Made by a program: the position numbers and the translations under genes
Shown: positions 1 to 14,162 of the stretch, in pieces
How positions within the stretch are numbered: the first letter of the stretch is position 1
How the letters are laid out: every line of letters begins with the position of its first letter
The notes under the pieces: model-generated
Databases searched by the model: none
What the model saw: the letters and a program-made list of their open reading frames with translations, nothing else
Told to the model about the DNA's origin: nothing
Assembly (NCBI GenBank): GCA_903813345.2
Contig: CAIIXF020000001.1
Location: 17,174,001-17,238,000 of the forward strand
Length of the DNA: 64,000 nt
DNA from: Owenia fusiformis
Lineage: Eukaryota
Reading direction: 5' to 3'

Positions 1-434
1 ATCAGGTAGCTTGACCCAAAGATACAGCAAATGAAAAGCATTATGACCTGTCACTTTTACCATGTATAGACTTCCATTTTAACCTTGTTTTTTAATAAGA
101 ACATGTATAAACATTGCTCACTCAATAAGCAGCATAGTCAAAAATAAGTCTAAAAGATATACAAAACTTGTATATGAATAAAAATGATTCATTTACTGGG
201 TGAACCTTTTTTAGACGTCGATATTTTCATTAACAAAGGTTTGTGGCATTGGCTGTTCATGGTACAAGTCTGAGGTCATTTTCATTTTTTTTTATCAATT
301 TTGGCATATTTAAGTTTTAACTCCAGCTTCGTATAATATCTCAGGTAGCTACTGTAGTTTAAGTGTTGGAATTGAAATGTTAATTCAATCTTTACTATAT
401 TTTGCTGTTCGCTTTTAAGTCCTTTTATTATTTA

Positions 435-651
435 CAGTAAAACTGTTGATGTGTATGATACTAAAATCTGGTGTTGGTATGTGAAAGGGGAAGTACAGAA
501 AAACATTCTTTAGTGAACATATGAGTTATAGTGAACATGACTTTAACACACCTCGTACATTGACACCTATCCCCTTTGTGTAGTAAACACCTACCTACTA
601 CAGTGAACACTTTTTGTGGCTCTAGGTGTTCACTATATACAGGTTTTACTG
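435..651. mobile_element. pogo/Tigger-like MITE (degenerate)
   Basis: TA|CAGTAAAACTGT...ACAGGTTTTACTG|TA. Confidence 0.55.
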
Positions 652-757
652 TACTTTCTTGTTGCAGTTTGCAAGACTGTTGTCGACCATCACTGTCAGC
701 CAAAGTGACATGTTTTACTGTAAATTTGATAATTTATAATCATTACATACATGTATA

Positions 758-1801
758 CAGGGTGATCAATAAATAAGGTAAACGTATCTGGTATTTCTTC
801 AGATTTTACCCAATCCTCATAAAATTTGCACAGAATAATGTTCAAACATTATTGAATTGAAATATTAAGTAACAGATCAAAGTGATGTGATTGGTTGAAG
901 TTATGGTTGCCATAGCAACAGAAAGCATGAAGACCCGGGGCAACTATCAAAGAACTAAATTTTCAGTCGAAGCGCTTTTGATAATATATTTCAAATCACA
1001 ATTGAAATGACATATCATATTCTTATTTTATACTTCATAACTTCTCTACCTAAATGTCCTTTATTTTTACCATGTAGTTCATGTCTTCTACTCCAGTCTT
1101 TGAACACCTTTTTAAACCCATTTTCCCATAGCCTGCTGCAAATTTTTAAGATAGCTGACTTTAAGTCTTCCCATGAGAAACTACCTCAACTCCCTCTCCA
1201 GGTTGCCATGAAGGTAAAATGGCGAGCAGGAGAAAGTCAGGAGAGCATAGAACATGACCTAACAGTAGGAAACCCAGTGCTTCAATGTCTTGTACCGTGA
1301 GAATAGCATTGTGAGATGAAGCATTATCCCAGTGCAATGTGAAACGTTTTACGGCCTCTTCTTTCTCTTTGCCCTCATCAAATCTCTTCAGTATCGTTTT
1401 TCATCATTGACCTGTGTCATAGACTTTCTATGATCAAATCAGTTTATATTATATATTTATATTTTCCTGACATGAAAGACCAAATTTGCAAGTGAGTATG
1501 TAACAATGGTAATTAAGTATTAAAACAATAAATGCTGGCACCCATGTTTATTTCTTTTCAGTTTGAAAAAGAGGTGCTTTTTATCATTTTTCTTTCAAAT
1601 TGGACGCAATTAAATTGCCCCGGGTACCTCTGACTCCAGTTGCCATGGTAACTATAATATTAACCAATCAGATGACAGAATTTATGTATTTATATGTTTT
1701 AATTCAGAAATGTACAAGGTATATTCTGACCAAATTTCAGGATGTTTGGACCAATATTTACAAAATACCAGATACTTTTACCTTATTTATTGATCACCCT
1801 G
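758..1801 (-). mobile_element. Internally deleted mariner (Tc1/mariner) element
   Basis: TA|CAGGGTGATCAATAAATAAGGTAAA...TTTACCTTATTTATTGATCACCCTG|TA with long imperfect inverted arms. Confidence 0.9.
1037..1410 (-). pseudogene. Degenerate mariner transposase C-terminal fragment
   Basis: Minus strand gives FTLHWDNASSHNAILTVQDIEALGFLLLGHVLCSPD (cf. LHDNAxxH...HPPYSPDL) and, after frameshifting, EDLKSAILKI...GFKKVFKDWSRRHE. Confidence 0.8.
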
Positions 1802-3384
1802 TATACAGTGTTCTGCTCATCTTTGAAGAGACTGCTCGATTGAGAATTTAATGATGTTTCAATTATTGAAAATCCATTGTATTTCATTTGAATTTTGGAA
1901 AATTATGAAAATTGGTTATTTTATGCAGTTCTGGACATTTCTTGGTCAGAATGGGTAAACAAGACATTTTGACTAATTGGGATATGTTTTCTGGGAAGAA
2001 CACTAGATTAGAGGTCTTTTAACACTTTCCTTTGTAGTATGCTGCATGGAACTTTAGTTTTCTTATACCAAGCATGTTACCCTGCCCAAAAATCCTCTCT
2101 CAATACTCTTAAATACAAAACTTGTGTCTTTTACTTCACAGAAATACTTCACAAAAATCAATTTCACTTTTAAAAAATCCTAATCAATGCATAAATTCTA
2201 GATGTTGCACATTTAATTCACTGATAAGTGGATAAGAAATACTAACATTTTATAATTTTGATTATTTAAAAAATGTTAATGTTGTACAATATAAAGCACA
2301 ATTGAAATATTTTTCTTTCATCACCTGTCAATTATCATATAAAATAAATATTATTTGTCAAACATACTAATAAATAAAGTACATTTTTTTCAAAAACCCT
2401 TTTTCATCATTTCTTCTCTGGTCGTTTGCATGTAGGTATTATCCTCTAAGGTGGCTGTATTTGCTTTTGTTTATGAAAGATGGTGTAAGAACACAGGAGG
2501 ATCAGTCATCCCATATACAAACTCAATGTTTATGGGATTGTTGTCCTCCTGTGTTTAATAGATATGATAACATGCACAGGTGTCTTGGTAATTGAAACAT
2601 TATTGTTAAAGGTACAATCTGGTATAGAAACAACATTTGCTAGCAACGTAGTCATTGAACCAACCAATATGATTCTAACCCACCAAATAAAAATATCCGG
2701 TTAAAGAGGATGTATGATGTCTTTTATGACTTACAGTTATCCTCTTTGTGAGCCAGATTGTCTCTTTAACATCCAAGACTGTAACTGGCAGATATGATTT
2801 ACCTTACTACCTGTGTATATTAGATTACATTAGAATTGGTCTTGCATTGATTCCCTCCCACACTTCATATTCCCTTGCTTATATTGAGGGAGGAGAATAT
2901 AAGGGGAGGGGGGGGGGGTGATGCAAGGCTTATGCCAAAGATATACAGTGTAGTCTTGTATAGTCTCTCACTCTTTCTGTATATGGGGAATGTGAATGAG
3001 AATAATAGAATATTCCAATTTTTTTTGGGGGGTGGGGTTGAATCAAGACAAGACTACATGTATAGTACAACATCGCAGGTAGAACTTTAAAACCACTTTG
3101 AATTTTGATTACAGTATTTAGTATGCATCAAAATCACAGGCTAAATACTTCATCTGAATTACGAGAAATCTTTCCAACACGACCAATATTTTCTTCTGCT
3201 TTTCCTTTGAGTTGCCTCTGCTTGACAAATCCACATGTAGATTACCAATTGCTTTAAATGATTTTCTTATTATTTGATTTTGTATATGTTATATTTTATT
3301 TATTTATGTTGCAATGTTTGATGATCAAGTAGGTTAGCCTGTCCATATGTATTGCTATCGTTATGCTTAGCTTGCTAGAGACAT

Positions 3385-3685
3385 GGGGATTGATCATCTT
3401 GGTATTTGGTAGACAAACACAGTGATTGATCATCTTAGTAACAAATATGGGGATCAGTCATTTTAGAATTTGAGAGTAACACAGGGATTGATCATCTTGG
3501 TAGAAAAATAAAATATTGGGATTGATCATCTTGGTAATTGGTAGAGGAATAAATTGTAGGGATGCTAACCATTTTACATGAAAAACTCTGAAATTGGGAT
3601 TGGTCATCTTGGGAAAGAAACAAATGACTGATTATTTTGATGGGGACTGATTATTTTGGGAGTGAAATACAGGGATTATCATCTT
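3385..3685. repeat. Degenerate minisatellite
   Basis: Recurrent GGGATTGATCATCTTGG core. Confidence 0.7.
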
Positions 3686-4259
3686 GTTTTTGTAAAAATG
3701 CACCTTGGTTGTGGTTCTAAAAGGAAGTGATTTACAGGTTTGGGTAAACTGGTGGTTTATTGGTGGTATACTGGTGGTATATTGGTGGTGCACTGGTGAG
3801 GTGGCTGTATGTTTCTCAAATTAACATTTCCTTTAACTTGACACAAAGCCATTGGTTACCTTTAAAACTATTAAATTTATTTTTGATTTTGTAGGAATAT
3901 TTCATTTGCTTCTTTGGTGATTGTTTGTGTTGGAGACGTGATTTTGTTTTTTCTTCAGATTTTTAATTTAATTTAGTTTTATAGTTTGTGTTTTTAGGTG
4001 GGATTTCATGATCATTTTGTTCGATTCAATTTTAGGTGGTCACCTAATGCTACACTATCTGTTGGAAAGATATTCAGTGTTTGTTAAAATTTGCATAAAA
4101 TCCTTAAGCCACCTAAGGGAAGATACCATATCTTCCCAGAGGATATATCCTATATCCAAAAACTGAGAGGATAACCTGTATGTTTAATCTTTAAATACTT
4201 GTATTAATTTCAATGCATTTATAGACATATAAGTTTATAAGCTAGCATATATTCCGCAG

Positions 4260-4347
4260 GTTCGAACTGTCAGAAGAGGCACAGAAAGCATGTCAGGTTT
4301 ATGCTAACTACCTTGAAGACTCCACTAATGTTACCACTAAGGAACTG
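4260..4347 (+). CDS. KANK: KANK-like internal exon (pre-ankyrin region)
   Basis: ccgcag|G TTC GAA...GAA CTG|gtaagt; encodes (R)FELSEEAQKACQVYANYLEDSTNVTTKEL, resembling the KANK1 segment RYELSEKMLSAC; phase 0 to the next exon. Confidence 0.85.
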
Positions 4348-4921
4348 GTAAGTCTTAGCAATAACAAATGTTTGCCTCAATGGTAGTTTAAAAGACCTCA
4401 TATAAGCATACTGTTCATCATTTCCTCAAATTATGGGGAGAGAACACCAGATATGGCATATAAATACTTTGGAATTGAACAGTTCATGATTGTGCTATGA
4501 ACCCTTAGTGAATGCTATTTACAAAAACATTATGAGTCTGAATAAGCTAGACCCAGGCCAAATAAAAGATCAACATTGCATAATTGCCTGTATGTTTCTT
4601 ATAGAGCCTTTACTAGTGTTTGCTGTATGTTTAAAACACAATTTAGTGAAAAATAGCAAACCACAACTTCAGTTCCAGTGAGATGGTCAAGAGTTCAAAG
4701 AGTTCATAAAATCAAATGAACAAAGTTAGTCCAGCTATAAGTATAAACCACTGTGACCCCCTCCCACTACTTGACTACACACCTTCTCACACTTGTTGGG
4801 AGGTGTTTAGGTGGGAGGGGGGCTCACAAGGGCTTGTAGCTTTTGTAGTAAGACTAGAATAAAGTGTGGGCATGTGGGCATGTATTTATTTATTGAATCT
4901 TAATGTTGAATATGATTTCAG

Positions 4922-5071
4922 AATTCCAGTTTGAATGCTATACAGCAAGAGTGGTTCAAGGCCTCCAGTCACAAACTTTCGAACCCCTCCATGGTAGAGG
5001 ACTTTTTATCCTGTTTTAGCGAGTACTCAAAGTCCCTGCTAGATAAGGTGGTCAATATGGCTGATGCTAAC
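4922..5071 (+). CDS. KANK: KANK-like exon (QxEWF helical region before the ankyrin repeats)
   Basis: tttcag|AAT...GCT AAC|gtaagt, 150 nt; NSSLNAIQQEWFKASSHKLSNPSMVEDFLSCFSEYSKSLLDKVVNMADAN matches the KANK motif QHEWFRVSS...VINLADGN. Confidence 0.93.
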
Positions 5072-5280
5072 GTAAGTGTATTGATAGAAAGCATATAGAG
5101 GTAGATACGAGAAAGGTTTTGCATTTGTATAAGTAACCTGAATATTTGTTATGTTAGACCTACCAGATTACTGATATCTACATTTAATAGTTTTGTAAAC
5201 ACATTGAATGTAAATGATGAATTTTAGCTACAAGCCACAAAACATATGTACATGTACATGATTCTGCATTTACTTTGTAG

Positions 5281-5493
5281 GGGAACACAGCAATACACTA
5301 TGCAGTATCTCACTGCAATTTTGAGATCGTCACCTTGCTTTTGGACACAGGTTTGTGTAACGTGAATAAGCCAAACAAGGCAGGTTACACCGCAATCATG
5401 CTGGCCTCATTGGCTGTTATACAAACAGAGCTGCAGAAAACTGTTGTAAGGCATCTCTTTGAGGCTGGGGATGTCAATGCCAGGGCTTCACAG
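5281..5493 (+). CDS. KANK: KANK-like ankyrin-repeat exon
   Basis: ttgtag|GGG AAC...TCA CAG|gtgggt, 213 nt; GNTAIHYAVSHCNFEIVTLLLDTGLCNVNKPNKAGYTAIMLASLA...GDVNARASQ. Confidence 0.95.
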
Positions 5494-5818
5494 GTGGGTG
5501 GAAACATCTGTATTCTGTATACTACATTGAAAATAGTAGTTTAAACATGGATTATTGCGTATTTGAAACAACTACGCATTAGGTAAATCACATTTCAATG
5601 TATTGAAGACTGGTATACCTGTTATTAGTAAACATTAATGCTCTGATAATGATCATGTATATTTTTATCATACAGAATATTGAAAATGAATGAAGATCTA
5701 AAATAATGTGTTTTATTATGGTTCGTATACATTTTATGTAACTGAAATATTGATTGTATTGTCCACTTTACTGTACTTGCAATCCTTATAATATCCGACA
5801 TGTCTTCTGTGTATCTAG

Positions 5819-7720
<1,902 letters not shown>

Positions 7721-10700
7721 TAAGATCAACACTCTATTTCATTTTTCATTTTTAGTATTTTGACTTCTAATGTAAATATATATAGCTGTATACCTTGATT
7801 TGTATATTTTACCCTTTACCCTCTGCTCAATAAAAGTAAAAATTAATTGTCTCTGTGAACTAATCAAAAGTAATTTGTGTTATTAAAGGGTCTTGTTTAG
7901 GTAACATGCGAAATGCTGGGATATGTTGCTTATACATATGTGCTGGTGCATTTACGTTGATGGATTTTAATACAATATATTTGAGATGAAAAATTAAGAT
8001 AAAATTAAGTCTGTTTTCTGTGTATATTTCTCCTCATAAATATTCCACACTCTGTGCCGAAAACAAGATCCTTTAAAATTTTATTTGTAAGATAAGTATT
8101 TATTTTTATATGTAGCTTTAAGAATACTTTATTATTTTATTCATATACAGTTGATTAATTTATTAATAATTTTGCCAAAGATGAATTTTCACATTTTAGT
8201 TTCTGTGATTTTTAATTTGTCTCACAATTTAACATTACAATGCTCGAGTGTAAAGTATATTTTTGTAAGAAAATTGCAGTGGAGTAGAATCTGTAACTGT
8301 TATTGTTAAGTAAGATTATAAGCTAGATTATCAATGTAAAATCTGGATTACACCAGTCAAGCAGCAGAGTTTGTGTCAGGTCTGATAAAAGAAAGAACAA
8401 CAAAATGAATTGTTGATAATTTTTGATTTAACTGAAAAATGTAGAATGCTCCGAGCAAAAAAGCTTTAATTAGTGTTATAATTATGGCAGCATATAACTC
8501 AAATAATATCATAATTATATTCATGTATTGATTAAACTGATTAATTAATTAATTTGATATGGTATGTCAACTGATGTTGTATAGAAATTCAAACACTTAA
8601 CAGCATGCTTGCGTCCTTGTAGATCATACATGAGTGTGTAAATATGTTCATCAAATTTGGTACAAAAATTGTATTACTACTTGTTAATATAATTTTGTAT
8701 GCAAAACAAGGTGAAAAATTGAATTAGTGATTATATAGTTTAGTTTTGAAGTGACCTAAGAATGTTCTAATGTTTCACCTGTAATAAGTTGACTCAAAAT
8801 ACATGTGAAAAATTAAAACATTTGTTCTACATATCAACTCTTAAAGGCTTGTGGCACACATTTTCCAAAAAGTCAAAAGTTAGTTAAAATGCAGTATAGC
8901 TATTGTCTGTCTGTCTGTCTGTCTGTAAGCAATAATATATGTTTTATGTCATAACCAAAGATTATAGTGCTTAGTAATGTAGAAATCTATTCTATGTACT
9001 AACCATATTTTGAGCAATGCAAGTAGAAATTACGAATCATATCATCAACAAGGAGTGGAGACATGTCAATGTACTAGTAAGTTTTGCTTCGCATTTGTTT
9101 GCAGTGACCCTTGTGTACAGTTTTACTCTGAATTTAAAAACATTTTTTGAGATTATTTTGTGATTATTAAAAATGGCGTTCCATTTCTAGTTGTTTTTCT
9201 GATGTATGCTTTAGATTGGTACAATAAGTTTTGGATTGATTTTATTTTGATGGTACACCATTCTCATTGATAATTTTAAGATATTTGTGTGGAAATGAAC
9301 TTTAGCGTTATTGGTTAACTGAAGAACATGTGTACACGAAATTGGTTGCATTTGATGAAGTTTATTTTGAAATGTTTTGTGTGTTATTTCAATTTATAGG
9401 TAATTTATGTTACCCTTCTATGATTTATAAAGATACATGCCTTATAAATCAAACATATATTGGGTACTTAAAGCAGATGGTTTTCTGTGGTATGATGCTG
9501 CACCATCTTTTGAACATTAAAGGTGATATTTCTGCATTTCATGTTGGAAAAAGTTTCATTTTTGTAACTTGAATGCTGAAATTAGAGAAAAGTGTTACAA
9601 AAAACAAAAGTTAGATGTTGATATGGGGAAATTATGTTCACTTGGCACTTATTGGGCATAATTCCCAAACTTGGAACTTTAACTTGCCTTACTGTATCAC
9701 CCTGTATGCCACTCATGCTAAAGATTAGCAAAGTGACTAAGTGGTCATCTGCCCTGACTTATGGACACTCTGTACCTGTACCACCCTGTAATCTGTGTAC
9801 GCTGCTCTTGTGACATCCTGTATTTGGTGACATGCTGTAATCTGACCCTGTAAGTGTCCTTAGCCTGATTTATAGCTGCTGCTGCACATATGCTGAAGGT
9901 TACCTGGGAAAACACTTCCTCCATTGGTTAGGGTCTTCAGTGCAATAGTTCAAGTGCAGGGGTTCATGGGAAAATCCTCCATTGAAGGGAAGTGTTAAAA
10001 AGGAGGGCCCAGTAAATATGGTTACTGGAACATCCTGCTTGGCTTGCCTGGGAGCTAGGCATGTAATAGTATCTGAAATAAGCTATTTATATTTTCTTTG
10101 TTTAAATCTTTTGTACTATTCCCTTTTCTGTTATGGGTAAAGATATAGGAATAAACTGTTATAAAGTTTATATATTGGATATGTACAGATAGGCCTTTAT
10201 TATAGTTCTTTCACAATTATTGTATTTGTCATAATTGGACTCTGATCGATTTAGATGCTAAGAACTGGAGGTATTGTACATAAGGCATATCAAAGAGGCA
10301 TTTGGAAATAAAATCTTTAACAATAAGGTGTGCATGCAATTTAATTTTGTTTCATCGTTCATTTTTTTACATTAATTTTTCACAATGCTGTTGTTATCTG
10401 ATTTTCAAGACTGCTTGTTGATAAGATCTTCACAGTTTGCTTTGTAGTGTTGCTATATTTTGTTTTTGTTTTCACTTTTTTCTTCTCATCATGGATACCT
10501 GTCATGCCATTATTATAGATAAAGACTGCTGTAGCTCAGATTAAGCATTTTTTTGTATTCCACCATATAACTTGTTTTTCAGTGTTTAATAATTTAATAA
10601 TTCTCATGTTGCATTTGTTGATTTCATCAACAGGAAAGCTTAGAATTTCAATTCAGTTACAAGAAAGGGTGAAATTTCAAGTAATGTAATGTGATTGTAT

Positions 10701-10912
10701 GAACAATGTTATTGTATTTCTAACTACATGTATTGTATGTCCAGTGCGCAGTAAAAATGAAGGTTGGGTGATTGGCCCATATATTATTAATAAGTCATTG
10801 CTATCAGGGTCAATCATCAAATACTTCAGCCCTACCCTAGAATATATAATATGAATACCTTCAAACCTTAACGATTATTTCTTGAAACTGTGTAGACTGA
10901 CTGTTCCTTTTA

Positions 10913-11028
10913 TTATGTCATCACTTCTTTTTGTGGACAGTGTTTGGTGTTTGGCATTCGGGGGAATGGCAGTTGGTGTTTGGTGTCTGTAACAAATAGT
11001 AGGTGGTGACATTTTGCAAGTGAATGCC
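10913..11028 (+). mobile_element. Short copy of the ATGTCACCAC HINE family
   Basis: TTATGTCATCAC...TTTGGTGTTTGG...TGTAACAAAT...GGTGGTGACATTTTGCAAGTGAATGCC. Confidence 0.65.
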
Positions 11029-11099
11029 AATGTATATTTATGCTATATTTATGCTATGTGTCATTTTTTATAAATAAATATTTTGATATTTATCTGCAG

Positions 11100-11198
11100 G
11101 ATGGTAGCACAGCATTGTCAATAGCGATGGAGGCCAACCACAGAGATATTGGTGTTCTAATTTATGCACATGTCAACTATCGATCAAAAGGATCACCG
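11100..11198 (+). CDS. KANK: KANK-like exon encoding the last ankyrin repeat
   Basis: ctgcag|GAT GGT...TCA CCG|gtatgt, 99 nt; [33 protein letters not shown], resembling KANK1 [27 protein letters not shown]. Confidence 0.95.
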
Positions 11199-11902
11199 GT
11201 ATGTATCACCTACCAGTTCAAACATAATTGAAGTTGATAACGTTATAACAAATTGTGATGTTTCAATTGGTCGCATTGTTTGTTGATAGCAAAAATATAA
11301 GTTGAATTAAATCAATGCTAACCACCTACTACATTTTATAATAATCGATATATTTGTCGAGTGTCTGAATTTTTTGCCTGATTTAATCCGCTAATTTTAC
11401 AGGAGTCAAAGAAGAAACATAAGTAGTTAGTAAGATAGATTGTAAATCCCTTGTAGAGTCTCTCATGTTCAGTAAAGTGAATTCACATTGAACTTTGTTT
11501 TACAAACATGAACGTTTTATAAGGGAAGGAAGTTAAGTTGGCATGGATGTACATATCGGCTTTCACTGGGATACGGTCTCAGGTTTCATACATTTTGACA
11601 GTTTTCAAATTTAATTACAAATCATGCGCAAAATGTATTGTTGTCGGTATTAAAAGCTGTGGATAAAGAATGAGGGTGCAACTAATAGAGCTAAAAACAC
11701 TGATTTGCCAATTAGAGTGATTTTCTTGGAGTTAATGCATGGAAAATTGTGTAAATTTTAAAAGCATGGCCAAAAATTTGAGGTCTTATCTTGAAATCAG
11801 TTAAAATTGAAATGACAAATGAGCTTTTACTAATTCTCTATACTGGTATACTTTTGAAGAAACCTGTCTTCACTAATACAGGGTGTTCTGTATTTCTTTT
11901 AG

Positions 11903-12745
11903 CAAACTAGCTCCAGCTCTGTGAATCAACAACATGGTGAATCTGTTCAATTGAGCTCATTGAGTGAAAAACATGAAACATCTAGTGGCTCAAGCTCATT
12001 GGGTCAATCCGGTGGCTCAAGCTCATTTGGGCAATCTAGCGGCTCAAGCTCATTGGGTCAATCTGGAGGCTCAAGGTCATTTGGGCAATCTAGCGGCTCA
12101 AGCTCATTGGGTCAATCTGGAGGCTCAAGCTCATTTGGGCAATCTAGTGGCTCAAGCTTAATGAGTAAATCTAGTGGCTCAAGCTCATTGGGTCAGTCTA
12201 GTGGCTCAAGCTCATTTGGCCAATCAAGTGGCTCAAGCTCATTTGGCCAATCTAGCGGTGCAAGTTCATTTGGGCAATCAAGTGGCTCAGGCTCATTTGG
12301 TCAATCTAGTGGCTCAAGCTCAGTTGGTCGATTTAGCAGCTCATTGGGTTCATCCAGTGGCTCAAGCTCATTGAAATCTGGGTACAAATCATTGCTGAGT
12401 TCAAACCTAGGTTCAGGTTCTGGATATCAGTCAATGATGAGCTCAAGCTCAATGGGCCCAAGTTCACTGAATGAATCATCTATGGGTTCAAGCTCAATGA
12501 GTTCTGGCTACAGATCCTTATCCAGTTCAAGTTCAATGAGCCCTAGGTCAGTTAGAAGATCAAGTAAGGAACCAACCACAGGCTCAAGCTCATTTAGGTC
12601 TGCTTACAAGTCTATACTGAGCTCAAGCCCCATGGGAAGCTCCTCGGCGACCTCCAGTTCAATGAGCTCTAGCCCAATGAGCTCAAGGCGTTATACTTCA
12701 ATGAGCTCAACTTCGTCAGGTTCAACTCGTCATAAGCCTCAATAG
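11903..12745 (+). CDS. Putative alternative terminal exon of KANK: 280-aa Ser/Gly-rich region with 13 x 9-aa SSGSSS(F/L)GQ repeats
   Basis: Acceptor tatttcttttag|CAA is in phase 0 with exon 11100..11198 and in frame with ORF 11921..12745; AATAAA at 12812-12817. Confidence 0.7.
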   Translation, partial: QTSSSSVNQQHGESVQLSSLSEKHETSSGSSSLGQSGGSSSFGQSSGSSSLGQSGGSRSFGQSSGSSSLGQSGGSSSFGQSSGSSLMSKSSGSSSLGQSSGSSSFGQSSGSSSFGQSSGASSFGQSSGSGSFGQSSGSSSVGRFSSSLGSSSGSSSLKSGYKSLLSSNLGSGSGYQSMMSSSSMGPSSLNESSMGSSSMSSGYRSLSSSSSMSPRSVRRSSKEPTTGSSSFRSAYKSILSSSPMGSSSATSSSMSSSPMSSRRYTSMSSTSSGSTRHKPQ

Positions 12746-13302
12746 TGGGCCAACTTCAAGCAGTGGAGATATAATTTGGGTGACTGTTTATATCCAATCG
12801 CTTAAATGTTCAATAAAATATAACAAAACGCAATTTTTTCATTACTAACTTTGCTGTATGCGGGAGGTGGTTAGTCCTCAACAATGTAGGAGCATCATGC
12901 TATTAAAACATATCATATTTAATTTGAATAACATATTTCTATACATGTATATGTATTTATGTAAAGCAGAGAGCTTTGAAATGAATCAAGAATATACAGC
13001 AAGATGTCTTAACATTGTTGGCTTTTCAAATGCCTATAAATGCTGGAATACTTCAACGTGGAAACAAGAAAATTCATCTCAATCAGGAACTACTGTAATG
13101 TGATAAAGTTATACAACATCATATTGCTCTCAGAACTGAAATTTCTATCATCAGTTACTCAATAGGATAGTTTCTAAATAGCAGAAAAATCAATGAAATC
13201 TCGTGCTGCCATCTTTTATTCAGCTTTTAACTCTGGCTAGAGCTCCATTCACTTACATGCTAAAATCTTGGAAAAGTGGCTTAATTTCATGATTTATCAG
13301 AG

Positions 13303-14162
13303 CACCCTATGCAGACAGAGCCTGTGGGAAATATTGGGTGCGGAGCAAATGAGCGGAGGGTGCGGAGCTAACGGTCATTTTTGAATTTAAATTTGGGATA
13401 TTTCTGAAACTAAGCCGTTTTCGGACTTCAAATATACCAAGATATGTGTATTTGACACCAAATATCAATACAATTGTGAAAATAGTAGCGCAATTCATTC
13501 TATAGCAACGCAGTGTGCCTTAAAACTTTCCCAGACCTATATATTTTGAAATTATCCTGTTAATACTGAGTCCCCAGCATTCATAAAAAATGGTGTTCAA
13601 GGTACACTATCTATACAAATTATTTTTGCATCTTGGAACCCAGGCAGTATCTGTGTGATTTTATAAAAATTCGGAAATGTTCTTCAGATATGAGCCCCCT
13701 CTAAATATTGGGTGCGGAGCTACGTTTGTGGAGCTATAAACGTAGCTCCGCACCCAATATTTAGAGGGGGCTCATATCTGAAGAACATTTCCGAATTTTT
13801 ATAAAATCACACAGATATTGCCTGGCTTCCAAGATGCAAAAATAATTTGCATGGGTAGTGTATCTTGAACACCATTTTTTATGAATGCTGGGGACGCAGT
13901 ATTAAAAGGATAGTCTCAAAATATATAGGTCTGGGAAATATTTAAGGCATACTGCGTCGCTATAAAATGAATTGCACTACTATTTTCACAATTTTATTGA
14001 TATTTGGTGTCAAATACACATATCTTGGTATATTTGAAGTCCCAAAACGGCTTAGTTTCAGAAATATCCCAATTTTAAATTCAAAAATGACCGTTAGCTC
14101 CGCACCCTCCGCTCATTTGCGCCGCACCCAATATTTCCCACAGGCTCTGTCTGCATAGGGTG
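13303..14162. mobile_element. 860-bp foldback element with CAC...GTG ends and 5-bp TSD (Transib-like, non-autonomous)
   Basis: CAGAG|CACCCTATGCAGACAGAGCC...GGCTCTGTCTGCATAGGGTG|CAGAG; arms pair along almost the whole length, centre near 13735. Confidence 0.85.

Noticed and set aside
1-11. ATCAG|gtagct as the donor of the preceding KANK exon (phase 2 would fit 4260)
   Set aside because: Only 5 nt of putative exon are visible and the donor is weak; cannot be supported
2902-2920. G-runs (also 21638..21656) as G-quadruplex elements
   Set aside because: Simple homopolymer tracts with no supporting context
11964-12374. AQAHWVN-repeat ORFs
   Set aside because: Alternative frame of the 27-nt repeat, interrupted by stops and lacking a phase-compatible acceptor
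13307-14158. Pair of near-identical 63-aa ORFs on opposite strands
   Set aside because: Mirror images produced by the foldback element; no protein-like features
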